Below are positions 33,751 through 44,037 of a stretch of DNA of 64,000 bases, in pieces. The DNA lies in assembly GCA_012735575.1 (NCBI GenBank), contig JAAYGY010000054.1:3109-67108 (forward strand), written 5' to 3'. Source of the stretch: Clostridiales bacterium. Lineage in GTDB: Bacteria; Bacillota; Clostridia; Caldicoprobacterales; UBA3941. A program made the position numbers and the translations under genes. Below the pieces are notes generated by a model. The model was not told where the DNA came from. It searched no databases and saw only the letters and a list, made by a program, of their open reading frames with translations. Every line of letters begins with the position of its first letter. Position 1 is the first letter of the stretch.

Positions 33751-35535
33751 TTACACAGCATTTAGATATTTATACTGTGCTTTATATAAGTCATAGTAAG
33801 CACCTTTTTGAGCCAGTAATTCTTCATGGCTGCCTGCTTCTATTATAGTTCCCTGATCAACTACCATAATACGATCTGCATTTCGTATGGTTGACAGTCT
33901 ATGGGCAATAACAAAGGATGTTCTACCTTTTAGTAATCGTTCAAGTCCCTTTTGTACTAAAATCTCGGTTTGGGTATCTATACTTGAGGTAGCCTCATCC
34001 AGGATTAAGATTCTTGGATCGGCCAGCAGTGCTCTAGCGAAGGAGATTAACTGCTTTTGTCCTTGAGATAATTTAGAACCCCGCTCATTTACCTCGGTAT
34101 AATAGCCCTTTTCCATTTGAGAGATGAATTCATGGGCATGTACAGCGCGTGCTGCATTCATTACTTCCTCATCAGTAGCATCCAGTTTACCATACCTTAT
34201 ATTATCCATGATAGTTCCCGAGAATATGAAACTATCCTGCAGCATTACTCCCATCTGCTTTCTAAGAGAATCCAAGGTAACTTTTTTTATATCATGCCCG
34301 TCGATTAATACTTTTCCTTTAACGGGATCATAAAAACGGCTAATTAGATTTACTATAGTACTCTTCCCGGCACCTGTAGGTCCAACCAAGGCAATAGTTT
34401 CTCCGGGTTTAACAGTAAAATCCACATACTCTAATACTGGTTTTTCAGGGTCATAGTAAAATTGTAAATTATCAAACCTTACCTCGCCTTTTATTTCAGG
34501 CAGCTCATAGGCATCAGGATCGTCCTTGATATCTGGCTTGGTATCCAATAATTCAAAAATTCTTTCAGTAGATGCCATAGCTACCAACAGGGAATTATAA
34601 AAGTTGGCCAGGTTGTTAATGGGCTGCCATATTCTCCATACATAGCCGGTAAAAGCAACCAGTACACCCACGGTGACGGTACCAGCATCCAAAAACCTCA
34701 TACCAAATACATAAACCAATACTACTCCTAATACTCCTATCAACTCTATACCAGGCCAGAATAAATTATTAACCCTAATGGCATGCATCCATGTAGTAAA
34801 TATATCTCCACTTAGCTCATTATATAAATCCCTTGTCTCCTTCTGTCTTACAAAGGCCTGGGTAACTCTCATACCAGCCAGGTTTTCATGAAGATAGGCA
34901 TTCATATTGGAGCTTTTCTTTCTTACTTCCTGCCATCTTCTACGTATACGTCTTTTCAATAATCCGACTAATATCATTAATAGAGGTACCGTGCAAAGGG
35001 TAACCAATGTTAACCTGGCATCAATGTAAGCCATTATTACTATGGCTATTATAAGTGTGAATACGTCAGTTAAAACATTTATTATACCATTGGTTAACAG
35101 GTCTCCCAAAGAGTTAACATCATTAATTATGCGCACTAAAATTTTTCCGGCAGGCCGACTATCATAAAATGTAAAGGATAGGGTCTGTATATGTTCAAAT
35201 AGGTCCTGCCGTATCCTGTACAGGATTTTCTGTCCTACTGATGACATTATATATACTCTCTGTCTCATACATACCATATTTACCAGGTTAGTTGCCAGAT
35301 ATAGCATGGTAATTATGGTTAATCCCCTGTAATCAGCAACTTCTATATAATCATCAATGGCTATTTGTAGAAAATATGGTCCCAACAAACCGCACACAGC
35401 AGCCACCATCATCAATATAAGGGTTATGACAATCTGTTTACGATAGGGTTTCATATATCTGACTAGTCTCTTAAACTGGTCCATATCAAAAGGCTTTTCC
35501 AGTTCTTCATCATCTATGAGTCTATTTTTTAACAC
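33751..35535 (-). CDS. ABC exporter, fused TMD-NBD half-transporter (subunit with consensus Walker B, degenerate signature)
   Basis: 594 aa. Walker A GPTGAGKST, signature LSQGQKQLISFARA (degenerate) and Walker B ILILDEATSSID. Confidence 0.9.
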   Translation of the reverse strand: MLKNRLIDDEELEKPFDMDQFKRLVRYMKPYRKQIVITLILMMVAAVCGLLGPYFLQIAIDDYIEVADYRGLTIITMLYLATNLVNMVCMRQRVYIMSSVGQKILYRIRQDLFEHIQTLSFTFYDSRPAGKILVRIINDVNSLGDLLTNGIINVLTDVFTLIIAIVIMAYIDARLTLVTLCTVPLLMILVGLLKRRIRRRWQEVRKKSSNMNAYLHENLAGMRVTQAFVRQKETRDLYNELSGDIFTTWMHAIRVNNLFWPGIELIGVLGVVLVYVFGMRFLDAGTVTVGVLVAFTGYVWRIWQPINNLANFYNSLLVAMASTERIFELLDTKPDIKDDPDAYELPEIKGEVRFDNLQFYYDPEKPVLEYVDFTVKPGETIALVGPTGAGKSTIVNLISRFYDPVKGKVLIDGHDIKKVTLDSLRKQMGVMLQDSFIFSGTIMDNIRYGKLDATDEEVMNAARAVHAHEFISQMEKGYYTEVNERGSKLSQGQKQLISFARALLADPRILILDEATSSIDTQTEILVQKGLERLLKGRTSFVIAHRLSTIRNADRIMVVDQGTIIEAGSHEELLAQKGAYYDLYKAQYKYLNAV

Positions 35536-35536
35536 C

Positions 35537-37288
35537 TTACATCACCTGCCTATCTTCTGTAAATTCCTCGAAATCCTTATACTGCTGAGAGTATATCTCA
35601 AAATACTTTCCTCGCTGTTTGACCAGTTGATCATGGGTACCTCTTTCAACAATTTGCCCGTCATCTAAAACTATGATCTCATCAGCATCTTTAACCGAAG
35701 ATATTCTATGGGCGATAATGAATGTAGTCCTTCCTTCCATAATATCCTTAAGTGCCTGCTGAATTGCATACTCCGTTTCCATATCCACAGCTGAAGTACA
35801 GTCGTCCATAATAAGTATCTTAGGATTCTTAATTATTGCCCTGGCAATAGCAATTCTCTGCTTTTGTCCTCCAGATAGTCCCATACCACGTTCTCCAACA
35901 ATGGTGTCATATCCTTGAGGCATTTCCATTATAAAATCATGGGCAGCAGCAATTTTTGCAGCCTTTATTACATCCTCTCTGGTAGCATCAGGTTTACCAT
36001 ACATTATATTTTCCTCAATTGTAGCAGAAAAGAGGAAAACATCCTGCATAACAATTCCTATATTCTCTCTTAAAGTATTAGTCTTCCAATCCCTTACATC
36101 CACTCCATCAACCAAAACCCTGCCTCTGGATACATCATAGAAGCGATTGAGAGCGTTGATAATAGAGGTTTTTCCAGCTCCAGTAGCCCCCATAATTGCA
36201 ACGGTTTTTCCTGCAGGGGCATCTATGTCTATATTCTTTAAGGCTTGGTGATCACCGTAATGCAAGGCTACACCTTCAAATCTAACATGACCTTGTACCT
36301 CTTGTGGATCATATGGGTTTTCCTTATCTACTACAATAGATCCAGTATCCAGCACATTAAAAACTCTTTCACCGGAAGATACTGCCTGCTCCATAACATT
36401 GATTACCCATCCCAACATTCTCATTGGGTTTATTAGCATCCATAAATAATTATTAAAAGCAACCAATGTTCCTAGTGAAATCTCTCCCCCAGCTACCATC
36501 CGACCTCCAAACCATAAAACAGAGACTGCACATAGACCTGATATAAAGTCCATTAGGGGAAAGAATTTAGCCCATATCCTGGCAGAATTAACGTTTTTCT
36601 CTAAGTTAAGTCTATTTTCCTTTTCGAATTTTTGGATTTCAAACGCTTCCCTGGCAAAGGCCTTTACTACTCTTACCCCGGCAATATTTTCCTGAGTTGT
36701 AGTGTTCAGGGCAGCCTGCTGCTCCCTGATGGCACTAAATGCCGGACGAATACGGGTATCAAATCTCATGGCCAACCAGGCTACGAAGGGCAAAACCGCC
36801 AAACTGACCAAGGCCAACTTGACATTCATAGCTAAAAGAATAATAGAGGTTCCTACAAAATAGATAAAGTTTTCAATAAATATGGTTATTCCACCGGCAA
36901 TGAAAGCCCTTATACCTTCAAGGTCTCCGGTCATCCTTGACATCAGTTCACCTATGCGGTTGTTATCAAAGTATGTAAAGGATTGACCTTGTAAATGGGT
37001 AAACATTTCATTTCTAAGATCATACATACAACTTTGAGAAACCTTCTCAAAGAAATATCCACGAAAATATAGGGATAATCCTTTTACAGCTGATATTATT
37101 ACCATGGCAAATAGAAGCACAGGTAATAGCTTACGATTTCCACCATGTATAACATCGTCAATTATACTCTTAGAAATAAGTGGAGTAATCATATTGAGAA
37201 AAATGACAAAAATTAAAAGGGTCACGGCTGCAATAGCCTTTCCCCTGTACCTTCCAATATAACCCAATATTCGTTTGATAATAAACAA
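35537..37288 (-). CDS. ABC exporter, fused TMD-NBD half-transporter (subunit with Asp replacing the catalytic Glu)
   Basis: 583 aa. Walker A GATGAGKTS, signature LSGGQKQRIAIARA and Walker B ILIMDDCTSAVD (D instead of E). TTG start with a GAGGGGG RBS. The stop lies 1 nt before the partner gene. Confidence 0.9.
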   Translation of the reverse strand: MFIIKRILGYIGRYRGKAIAAVTLLIFVIFLNMITPLISKSIIDDVIHGGNRKLLPVLLFAMVIISAVKGLSLYFRGYFFEKVSQSCMYDLRNEMFTHLQGQSFTYFDNNRIGELMSRMTGDLEGIRAFIAGGITIFIENFIYFVGTSIILLAMNVKLALVSLAVLPFVAWLAMRFDTRIRPAFSAIREQQAALNTTTQENIAGVRVVKAFAREAFEIQKFEKENRLNLEKNVNSARIWAKFFPLMDFISGLCAVSVLWFGGRMVAGGEISLGTLVAFNNYLWMLINPMRMLGWVINVMEQAVSSGERVFNVLDTGSIVVDKENPYDPQEVQGHVRFEGVALHYGDHQALKNIDIDAPAGKTVAIMGATGAGKTSIINALNRFYDVSRGRVLVDGVDVRDWKTNTLRENIGIVMQDVFLFSATIEENIMYGKPDATREDVIKAAKIAAAHDFIMEMPQGYDTIVGERGMGLSGGQKQRIAIARAIIKNPKILIMDDCTSAVDMETEYAIQQALKDIMEGRTTFIIAHRISSVKDADEIIVLDDGQIVERGTHDQLVKQRGKYFEIYSQQYKDFEEFTEDRQVM

Positions 37289-37574
37289 AAAATAAAACCC
37301 CCTCTAACCATATTTGTTTGATTTAACTCCATATTATTTTACTTTTCAGTATTGGTCAATCAACAAATATGGGAGATATCATTTAAATTTTACCTTAAAT
37401 TCCATCAAAGCCAAACAGTTACCTCACATCTTCAAAGTTTAGCAAATTAATAGAAATACCTGCTGATTTTAACTTATCATTTACTTTGATAAAACAAATA
37501 AAATATATAACACTATATATTACAAGGTTTTTTAATATGTAAACAAATTTAATGTTGAAAATATAAATTATAAT

Positions 37575-38504
37575 TTATTTATTTGCATATTTTACTGCAT
37601 TAATTACGGCTCTTGCAGTTACCTCTACAGCAGCACAGGCTATAGCTACCATATCTCCCTCCACTTGGCCTGTAGACAGGGCAAACATTGTATCCCCGTC
37701 AACCATGGTATGTACTGGACGAATAGTTAAAGCCAGTCCATCATGGGAAGCTGAAGCCAATCTATTAGCCTGTTCCTTGGTTAACTTAGCGTTGGTTGCC
37801 ACTACTCCTATGGTTGTATTACCTGAGAAGTTGGTTTCATGTTTGTTGATAGACATAAGATAATGGGAGGTATTTATAAATCTTCCGCTTTGTGGATCCC
37901 TTGCTCCTGCTATAATACCCCCTTTATTAAAATCTACCACATCACCAAAAGCATTAACAGCTACTATGGCACCAACTACTATGCCTCCTGGCAATCTAAT
38001 GCTGGCTGTCCCAATACCGCTTTTCATAGCTGAATCCATTCCTAATACCTTGCCAACTGTAGCCCCAGTTCCTGCACCGATACTTCCCTGCTCTACCATT
38101 TGGGTAATAGCGTTTATACATGCCTGGTATCCCATTGATGCATCTGGCCTAATTTTTGAATCCTTGTATGCCAGATCAAATAATACTGCACCACCAACTA
38201 TGGGTACTTTAGCAACCCCTGTATCAAATCCTACTCCTTCCTTTTCCAAAAATTCCATCACACCATCTGCTGCTGCCAAGCCAAAAGCGCTGCCCCCTGA
38301 AAGAACAATGGCATGCACTCTATCTACAAGATTGCCCGGTCTCATCAAATCTGTTTCCCGTGTACCGGGAGCACATCCTCTAACATCCACACCGGCTATT
38401 GCACCCTGCCGGCATATAAGGACAGTACATCCAGTACCAGCTTCTATATTTTGTGCATGTCCTACCTCTATACCTTTAACATCCGTAATCTTACCATTAT
38501 ACAT
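37575..38504 (-). CDS. P1/S58-family peptidase (DmpA/BapA-like aminopeptidase)
   Basis: ITDVKGIEVGHAQNIEAGTGCTVLI...GVDVRGCAPGTRETDL...AIVLSGGSAFGLAAADGVMEFL...GNTTIGVVATNAKL is typical of the self-processing DmpA family. It overlaps birA by 8 nt. Confidence 0.8.
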   Translation of the reverse strand: MYNGKITDVKGIEVGHAQNIEAGTGCTVLICRQGAIAGVDVRGCAPGTRETDLMRPGNLVDRVHAIVLSGGSAFGLAAADGVMEFLEKEGVGFDTGVAKVPIVGGAVLFDLAYKDSKIRPDASMGYQACINAITQMVEQGSIGAGTGATVGKVLGMDSAMKSGIGTASIRLPGGIVVGAIVAVNAFGDVVDFNKGGIIAGARDPQSGRFINTSHYLMSINKHETNFSGNTTIGVVATNAKLTKEQANRLASASHDGLALTIRPVHTMVDGDTMFALSTGQVEGDMVAIACAAVEVTARAVINAVKYANK

Positions 38505-39486
38505 ACCCCTGATCCCCCCTTACTGAAACATCTCCTGACATAACTTTAGTAATTTCTCCATCTTTCTTTTTTACCAGTAAAGAACCATCCTCATCAAAAT
38601 CCAGAGCATATCCTTCAAAAGCCTTATCTCTGCCTATTACCTTTACAGGTCTGTTTAAAGTGACAGAATGCTGTCTGCATTGATCCAAAATTTGTTGGAA
38701 ATCCCTATTTATAAGATACTTAAAATAGATATCTTCTACTTCATCCATTACCAGTGCTATTATCTGCCTTCTATCCACACTACTGTTTAGAGCTATCCTT
38801 AAAGAAGCAGCAGTGGATGAAATCTCAGTGGGGAAATCCTTTTGAGTCATATTTGCATTGATACCTATCCCTACTACTACATAGTAGATTCTATCTATAT
38901 CAGCATGCATTTCCGTAAGTATGCCACATACCTTTTTACCATCTATTATTATATCATTGGGCCACTTTATGCCAGTTTCCAGACCAGTGGCCTTATTTAA
39001 TGCATTTCTAACTGCCACGGCTATAATGGCAGTTATTCGAGGGGCTTGATCTGGAGGAAGGTCAGGTCTGAGTATTAAGGACATCCATATACCTTTTCCC
39101 CTGGGCGATATCCAGCTCCTTCCCATTCTACCCCTTCCCTTGGCTTGGGCTTCAGCAATAACCAGGGTACCTTCATCAGCACCCTCCAGGGCTAATTCCC
39201 GTGCTCTGTTGTTGGTAGAGTCTATTACTTGATGTATTTCTATATTCTTACCTATTATCCGGGTATTCATGGTTTCAACCAGGGTTACCTGATCCAGCTC
39301 CTCTGGGAGTGCTATAAGCCGGTATCCAAGACCTGACCGACTTTCTATTTCAAAACCATCCTGCTGAAGGGATTTTATATGTTTCCATACCGCTGATCTG
39401 GTAATGCCCAAAGATGAGCTAATGGCTTGACCAGACAAAAATTTGTCATTATTCTCAATAAGCACCTTTAAAATTCTATCCCGCAT
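38497..39486 (-). CDS. birA: Bifunctional biotin-[acetyl-CoA-carboxylase] ligase / biotin operon repressor
   Basis: The N-terminal HTH is FLSGQAISSSLGITRSAVWKHIKSLQQDGFEIESRSGLGYRL. The catalytic GRGRMGRSW loop and KWPNDI are present. There is a C-terminal SH3-like tail. Confidence 0.9.
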   Translation of the reverse strand: MRDRILKVLIENNDKFLSGQAISSSLGITRSAVWKHIKSLQQDGFEIESRSGLGYRLIALPEELDQVTLVETMNTRIIGKNIEIHQVIDSTNNRARELALEGADEGTLVIAEAQAKGRGRMGRSWISPRGKGIWMSLILRPDLPPDQAPRITAIIAVAVRNALNKATGLETGIKWPNDIIIDGKKVCGILTEMHADIDRIYYVVVGIGINANMTQKDFPTEISSTAASLRIALNSSVDRRQIIALVMDEVEDIYFKYLINRDFQQILDQCRQHSVTLNRPVKVIGRDKAFEGYALDFDEDGSLLVKKKDGEITKVMSGDVSVRGDQGYV

Positions 39487-39620
39487 ATTATCTTCTCCCT
39501 AATAGTTTACTGATTCAAGGCATATTTTATATCTGTGTAAAGCTACCTGCAATTATAAATATATATTGTCAACTATAATTATATATACTGTTAACCCTAA
39601 TGTACAGGCAAAGAAAATTA

Positions 39621-39651
39621 AGGCTTATGGCCTTAAAAGAGCCATAAGCCT
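39621..39651 (-). terminator. Rho-independent terminator after the GH31 gene
   Basis: Perfect 11-bp arms aggcttatggc / gccataagcct with a 9-nt loop. On the minus strand it is followed by TAATTTTCTTT. Confidence 0.7.
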
Positions 39652-39661
39652 GTTAGGAGAA

Positions 39662-41983
39662 TTATAACCTTATTTCTATCGTACTACTTCCCGGGTCAGC
39701 CTTGACATAGATTCCTTTCTCCTTCTTACTTACCTGTCCGCCTTTTGCTTCCTCTACGGAATCTATATTCCTTAGTAATACATTCCAAGGCTGCTGTGAA
39801 TTATCAACCTGGATTGTGATTATATTATCTTTCCTCTGTGCTGTCACCTTCATTCCATCTGTTCCATCCAGATTAGGAACTGTAGTTCTTATAGTATTCC
39901 CTTCTTGGATTTCGAATAGGTGGAAAGTTACATTCTGGCAATAATTGTAGTCGGGTCTTCCATCGTTGGATCCTACAGCGATAATGGAATTTGGTTTTAC
40001 CCATAGAGGAAGGCTCATATAGTCATACTTTTCTTCAATCCATCTGCCGCCTTCCATGATTCTGTTATCTATAAAATGAGTCCATCTGCCCTCAGGTAGA
40101 TAATAGCTAGCCTCTCCTCTATCATTAAATATAGGTGCGACTAACAGAGAATCTCCCAGCATATACTGAAGATCTAGATAATCGCATATGGGATCATAAG
40201 GAAATTCAATATGCATACTTCTCATCATGGGAATGCCTTTTCCAGCAGCCAGACATGCTGCATTATACAGGTAAGGCATTAAAGAGCATTTAAGTTTGGT
40301 AAAATGCCTTAATACATCCACAGCTTCCTCATCAAAGAGCCAGGGCACCCTGTAACTGGAACTTCCATGTAATCTACTATGGGATGATAACAATCCAAAA
40401 GCACACCATCTTTTATATACATCTGCTGTTGCAGTATGTTCAAAGCCACCAATATCATGGCTCCAAAATCCAAAGCCTGACATGCAAAGAGATAAACCAC
40501 CCCTTAAGGATTCTGCCATGGACTCATAGGTAGCAGTGCAATCTCCACCCCAGTGTACTGGGAATTGCTGATTGCCTGCAGTAGCTGAACGAGCAAAGAG
40601 ACAAGCCTGTCCCTTTCCTAGTTTTTCTTCCAGTACTTCATACACAGCTTTATTGTATAGGAACGTATAGTAGTTATGCATTTTTTCGGGATCTGAACCA
40701 TCATAGTAAGCTACATCGGTAGGTATCCTCTCACCAAAATCCGTCTTAAAGGTATCCACACCCATATCTATAAGCCGTCTTAGATGGGACTTGTACCATT
40801 CATAAGCGTCAGGATTTGTAAAGTCTACAAGGCCCATTCCTGCCTGCCACATATCCCATTGCCAAACATCGCCATTTGGCCTTTTAAGTAAATATCCCTT
40901 TTCCATGCCTTCGTCAAATAACTTAGAGCGCTGAGCAATATAGGGATTGATCCATACACATATCTTCAAACCCTTTGCCTTTAACCGTCTTAACATTCCT
41001 TCCGGATCTGGGAACACTCTCTCGTCCCACTCAAAATTGCACCAGTGAAATTCCTTCATCCAGAAGCAATCAAAATGGAATACGCTTAGAGGAATATCCC
41101 TTTCAATCATACCATCAACAAAACTGTTTACGGTCTCCTCATCATAATTGGTAGTAAAGGAAGTACTTAGCCATAATCCAAAAGACCAAGGGGGAGGAAG
41201 TCCGGGACGTCCTGTTAGTTTAGTATACTTATCTAATACTTCTTTAGGATCAGGTCCATATATAATGAAATACTCTAAGTGCTGACCCGGAACACTAAAC
41301 TGTACACGACTAACTTTCTCCGAGGCCACCTCAAAGGAAACTTTTTCAGGATGGTTGACAAATATGCCATATCCCTTATTGGTCATATAAAAGGGAATGT
41401 TTTTGTAAGCTATCTCACTACTGGTTCCCCCGTCTTCATTCCATATATCTACAGTTTGCCCATTTTTTATAAAGGGAGTAAACCTTTCACCAAGTCCATA
41501 TACATTCTCCCTAACGCCCAGGGATAATTGCTCATGAACATAGGTCTCGCCTTCATGAGTCTCAATGTATCCTACTCCCCTCCATTCACTTCTGGTGACA
41601 ATCCTGTCATCAGCAATATAGTCAATACCCCAGTCTCCCTTTTTATTAACTCTTGCACTAAGCTTTCCAGAAGTCAGTGAAATATAATTCTCATTATCCT
41701 CAATTTGTACTTTTACATTCTCGTCTTCATAAATTTCAAACTCAGGCGTTTTGGGTTTAACTCCCTTGTGGTTATAAATTCTCACCCGTATTACATCCTC
41801 CATGGGAGATGAAAATCTTACGCTTATGAGTTTGCAGTTCAAAGTATCCCCACGATGCCGGATTGGCCTTGGAGGTGCAAAGACTGTAAAAAAATTATGA
41901 TCCTTTTCTACGTCATGGACATGGGCAGGAAAATAAGCATCTATCCCTTCCCTCATTAACCAATAACCATTTGTGAATTTCAT
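39662..41983 (-). CDS. Glycoside hydrolase family 31 (alpha-xylosidase/alpha-glucosidase, YicI-like)
   Basis: 773 aa. MKFTNGYWLMREGI is a typical YicI-type N-terminus. KTDFGE and WGGDC are GH31 catalytic-region motifs. There is no signal peptide. Confidence 0.85.
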   Translation of the reverse strand: MKFTNGYWLMREGIDAYFPAHVHDVEKDHNFFTVFAPPRPIRHRGDTLNCKLISVRFSSPMEDVIRVRIYNHKGVKPKTPEFEIYEDENVKVQIEDNENYISLTSGKLSARVNKKGDWGIDYIADDRIVTRSEWRGVGYIETHEGETYVHEQLSLGVRENVYGLGERFTPFIKNGQTVDIWNEDGGTSSEIAYKNIPFYMTNKGYGIFVNHPEKVSFEVASEKVSRVQFSVPGQHLEYFIIYGPDPKEVLDKYTKLTGRPGLPPPWSFGLWLSTSFTTNYDEETVNSFVDGMIERDIPLSVFHFDCFWMKEFHWCNFEWDERVFPDPEGMLRRLKAKGLKICVWINPYIAQRSKLFDEGMEKGYLLKRPNGDVWQWDMWQAGMGLVDFTNPDAYEWYKSHLRRLIDMGVDTFKTDFGERIPTDVAYYDGSDPEKMHNYYTFLYNKAVYEVLEEKLGKGQACLFARSATAGNQQFPVHWGGDCTATYESMAESLRGGLSLCMSGFGFWSHDIGGFEHTATADVYKRWCAFGLLSSHSRLHGSSSYRVPWLFDEEAVDVLRHFTKLKCSLMPYLYNAACLAAGKGIPMMRSMHIEFPYDPICDYLDLQYMLGDSLLVAPIFNDRGEASYYLPEGRWTHFIDNRIMEGGRWIEEKYDYMSLPLWVKPNSIIAVGSNDGRPDYNYCQNVTFHLFEIQEGNTIRTTVPNLDGTDGMKVTAQRKDNIITIQVDNSQQPWNVLLRNIDSVEEAKGGQVSKKEKGIYVKADPGSSTIEIRL

Positions 41984-42062
41984 TGAATCAGTCCTTTCTT
42001 TAGTTTTGTATATCGTTAACTATACAAAAATTATTGGACAACATTCTTTCACAAGACTCAAA

Positions 42063-42869
42063 TTAATTCCCTTTAGCCTGCACTCGGTCCAAAAACTCCT
42101 TTTGCAGACGTGGTGCCTCAGTATCTTCCTTGACTATTTTAATAACACGGGCCAAGGCTTTCACATAAATATCCAGAGCAGCTTTGCCTTTTTCTTCTGA
42201 TGCATAACTGGCATTGCCAATTACATTTTCAGGATAATCCGCATACCACCATAGAGCATTGTTTATACCATTATCTCTGAGGTGTTTGAAACGGTTTAGT
42301 GGTTCTATTGATTGCTTAGGTGCATATTCCAATTTTGTTTTTCCAGGACAGCAAGCCATAAAAAGAGAGGTTTCCATTTCACAGGCATGACCTAATAGGT
42401 CTGTTTCCCAGATAGAAGCTAATTTTTCACGTTCTTCCTTTGTCAAACAGGCACCATACATGGTATGGTAGAAAATATAGTCAGTGGGTTCGTCTAATCT
42501 ACTCATTGCAAAATACTCTAACATGTGAGAATTGCCACCATGGCCATTAACCACTAAAATCTTTTTAAATCCATTGGCTGCAATAGATTTTAATAGTAAT
42601 CCAAAAGCTTCTATAGCAAAGGCTGCAGGGTAATTTACCGTTCCAGAATAGCAAGCTGCTTCGTGGACCTGCATCATGAAATAAGGTGGAAAAACCACTG
42701 CTGGCTCTATTTCTGCCGCCTTGCAGGCTATGGTATGAGAGATTATGGCATCGCATCCCAAGGGCAAATGTTCTCCATGACGTTCTAATGATCCTGTAGG
42801 TACAATGCAAAGCTCAGTTTCTTTGACCATTTTCTTAAAATCTTTTGGTACTAAATGCTCCCAACGCAT
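42063..42869 (-). CDS. Creatininase-family amidohydrolase
   Basis: IVPTGSLERHGEHLPLGCDAI and VNGHGGN are metal-binding motifs of the creatinine amidohydrolase family. Confidence 0.8.
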   Translation of the reverse strand: MRWEHLVPKDFKKMVKETELCIVPTGSLERHGEHLPLGCDAIISHTIACKAAEIEPAVVFPPYFMMQVHEAACYSGTVNYPAAFAIEAFGLLLKSIAANGFKKILVVNGHGGNSHMLEYFAMSRLDEPTDYIFYHTMYGACLTKEEREKLASIWETDLLGHACEMETSLFMACCPGKTKLEYAPKQSIEPLNRFKHLRDNGINNALWWYADYPENVIGNASYASEEKGKAALDIYVKALARVIKIVKEDTEAPRLQKEFLDRVQAKGN

Positions 42870-43083
42870 TATATCTCCTCCATTTTATTCCTAGTTTAAA
42901 AAACCAATTAACTTAATTATACACTAATTCTTAGAAAAAAAAAGAATAATAGGATTATTGTTTACACTGTGTTGATATAGTCAGTTTGTGTTTATATATC
43001 ATTTATGATAGCCAGTTTAGTGCCTTTTTATATTATAATATATATAACCACACCATCTAACTGAGAAAGTAGGTGTAAAGGGT

Positions 43084-44037
43084 TTGAATGATGTGAAACT
43101 TATTATTAATTCCCTGGAAGAAAATATAGAAAAAGTTATAGTAGGCAAAAAGGACTCCATAAGATTGATAATCATAGCTTTGCTATGCCAGGGCCATGTT
43201 TTAATTGAAGATATACCCGGTGTCGGAAAGACCACCCTGGTATCAGCTTTAGCCAAATCCCTTGATCTGACCTTTCGTAGAATACAGTTTACTCCCGATG
43301 TTTTGCCATCGGATATTACTGGATTTTCAATGTACAATTTTAAGACTGGAGAGCTAGAATATCATCCAGGCATGGTAATGGGACAGGTAATATTGGCTGA
43401 TGAGATTAATCGAACATCCCCTAAAACCCAGTCCAGTTTATTAGAGGTTATGGAGGAAGGCCAAGTAACAGTGGACGGAAAGACCTATCCACTGCCCCAG
43501 CCCTTTATTGTTTTAGCCACGCAAAACCCTGTAGAATATATAGGGACATTTCCCCTTCCCGAAGCCCAGCTGGATAGGTTCTTCCTTAAGGTTACCATAG
43601 GATATCCCTCAAAGCGGGAAGAAATGCATATTTTATCCAGATTTCAATACGGAAGTCCCTTGAACTCCTTACAGTCTGTAGCAAGTAAGGACCAAATATT
43701 AAAGCTGCAAAAGTTAACCAGGGAAGTAAAAGTCGCTGATTCAATCCGGGACTATATTACCTCCTTGGTAGGAATGACTAGAGATCACCCTGATTTGACC
43801 CTGGGCGCAAGTCCTCGAGGCTCTCTGTTTCTAATGAAGGCATCCCAGGCACATGCCCTGCTTGATGGACGAAACTATGTAATTCCAGACGATGTCCAAC
43901 GGATGGTAATTCCCGTTCTTGCACACAGGCTTATTCTAAAGCCTGAAATACGCCTAAAGGAGATGACCCCTGAAAGAATATTAAGGTCTATTATTAATTC
44001 TGTTCATGTTCCTATAGGAGATTTTCACTATGGCTAA
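43084..44037 (+). CDS. MoxR-family AAA+ ATPase
   Basis: Walker A EDIPGVGKTTLV, Walker B ILADEINR and FIVLATQNPVEYIGTFPLPEAQLDRF (AAA_3). Start at TTG 43084, with GTG 43093 as the alternative. Confidence 0.9.
   Translation: MNDVKLIINSLEENIEKVIVGKKDSIRLIIIALLCQGHVLIEDIPGVGKTTLVSALAKSLDLTFRRIQFTPDVLPSDITGFSMYNFKTGELEYHPGMVMGQVILADEINRTSPKTQSSLLEVMEEGQVTVDGKTYPLPQPFIVLATQNPVEYIGTFPLPEAQLDRFFLKVTIGYPSKREEMHILSRFQYGSPLNSLQSVASKDQILKLQKLTREVKVADSIRDYITSLVGMTRDHPDLTLGASPRGSLFLMKASQAHALLDGRNYVIPDDVQRMVIPVLAHRLILKPEIRLKEMTPERILRSIINSVHVPIGDFHYG

Noticed and set aside
37966-38526. 186-aa plus-strand ORF (P/A/T-rich), together with other 60-130-aa ORFs lying antisense inside long genes. Examples are 49088..49471, 47989..48339, 58385..58753, 32700..33020 and 26269..26589.
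   Set aside because: All lie fully inside well-supported genes on the opposite strand. They have no RBS and show the biased composition typical of antisense frames of AT-rich coding DNA. I treated them as spurious.
39487-39620. Possible BirA operator upstream of birA (TTGTCAAC ... TGTTAACC around 39568-39598).
   Set aside because: The two elements are in direct rather than inverted orientation, and only one resembles the TGTTAACC-type half-site I recall. This is not enough to call an operator.
43017-43337. 106-aa minus-strand ORF overlapping the start of the MoxR gene.
   Set aside because: It is antisense to a strongly supported AAA+ gene, with no RBS and no motifs.
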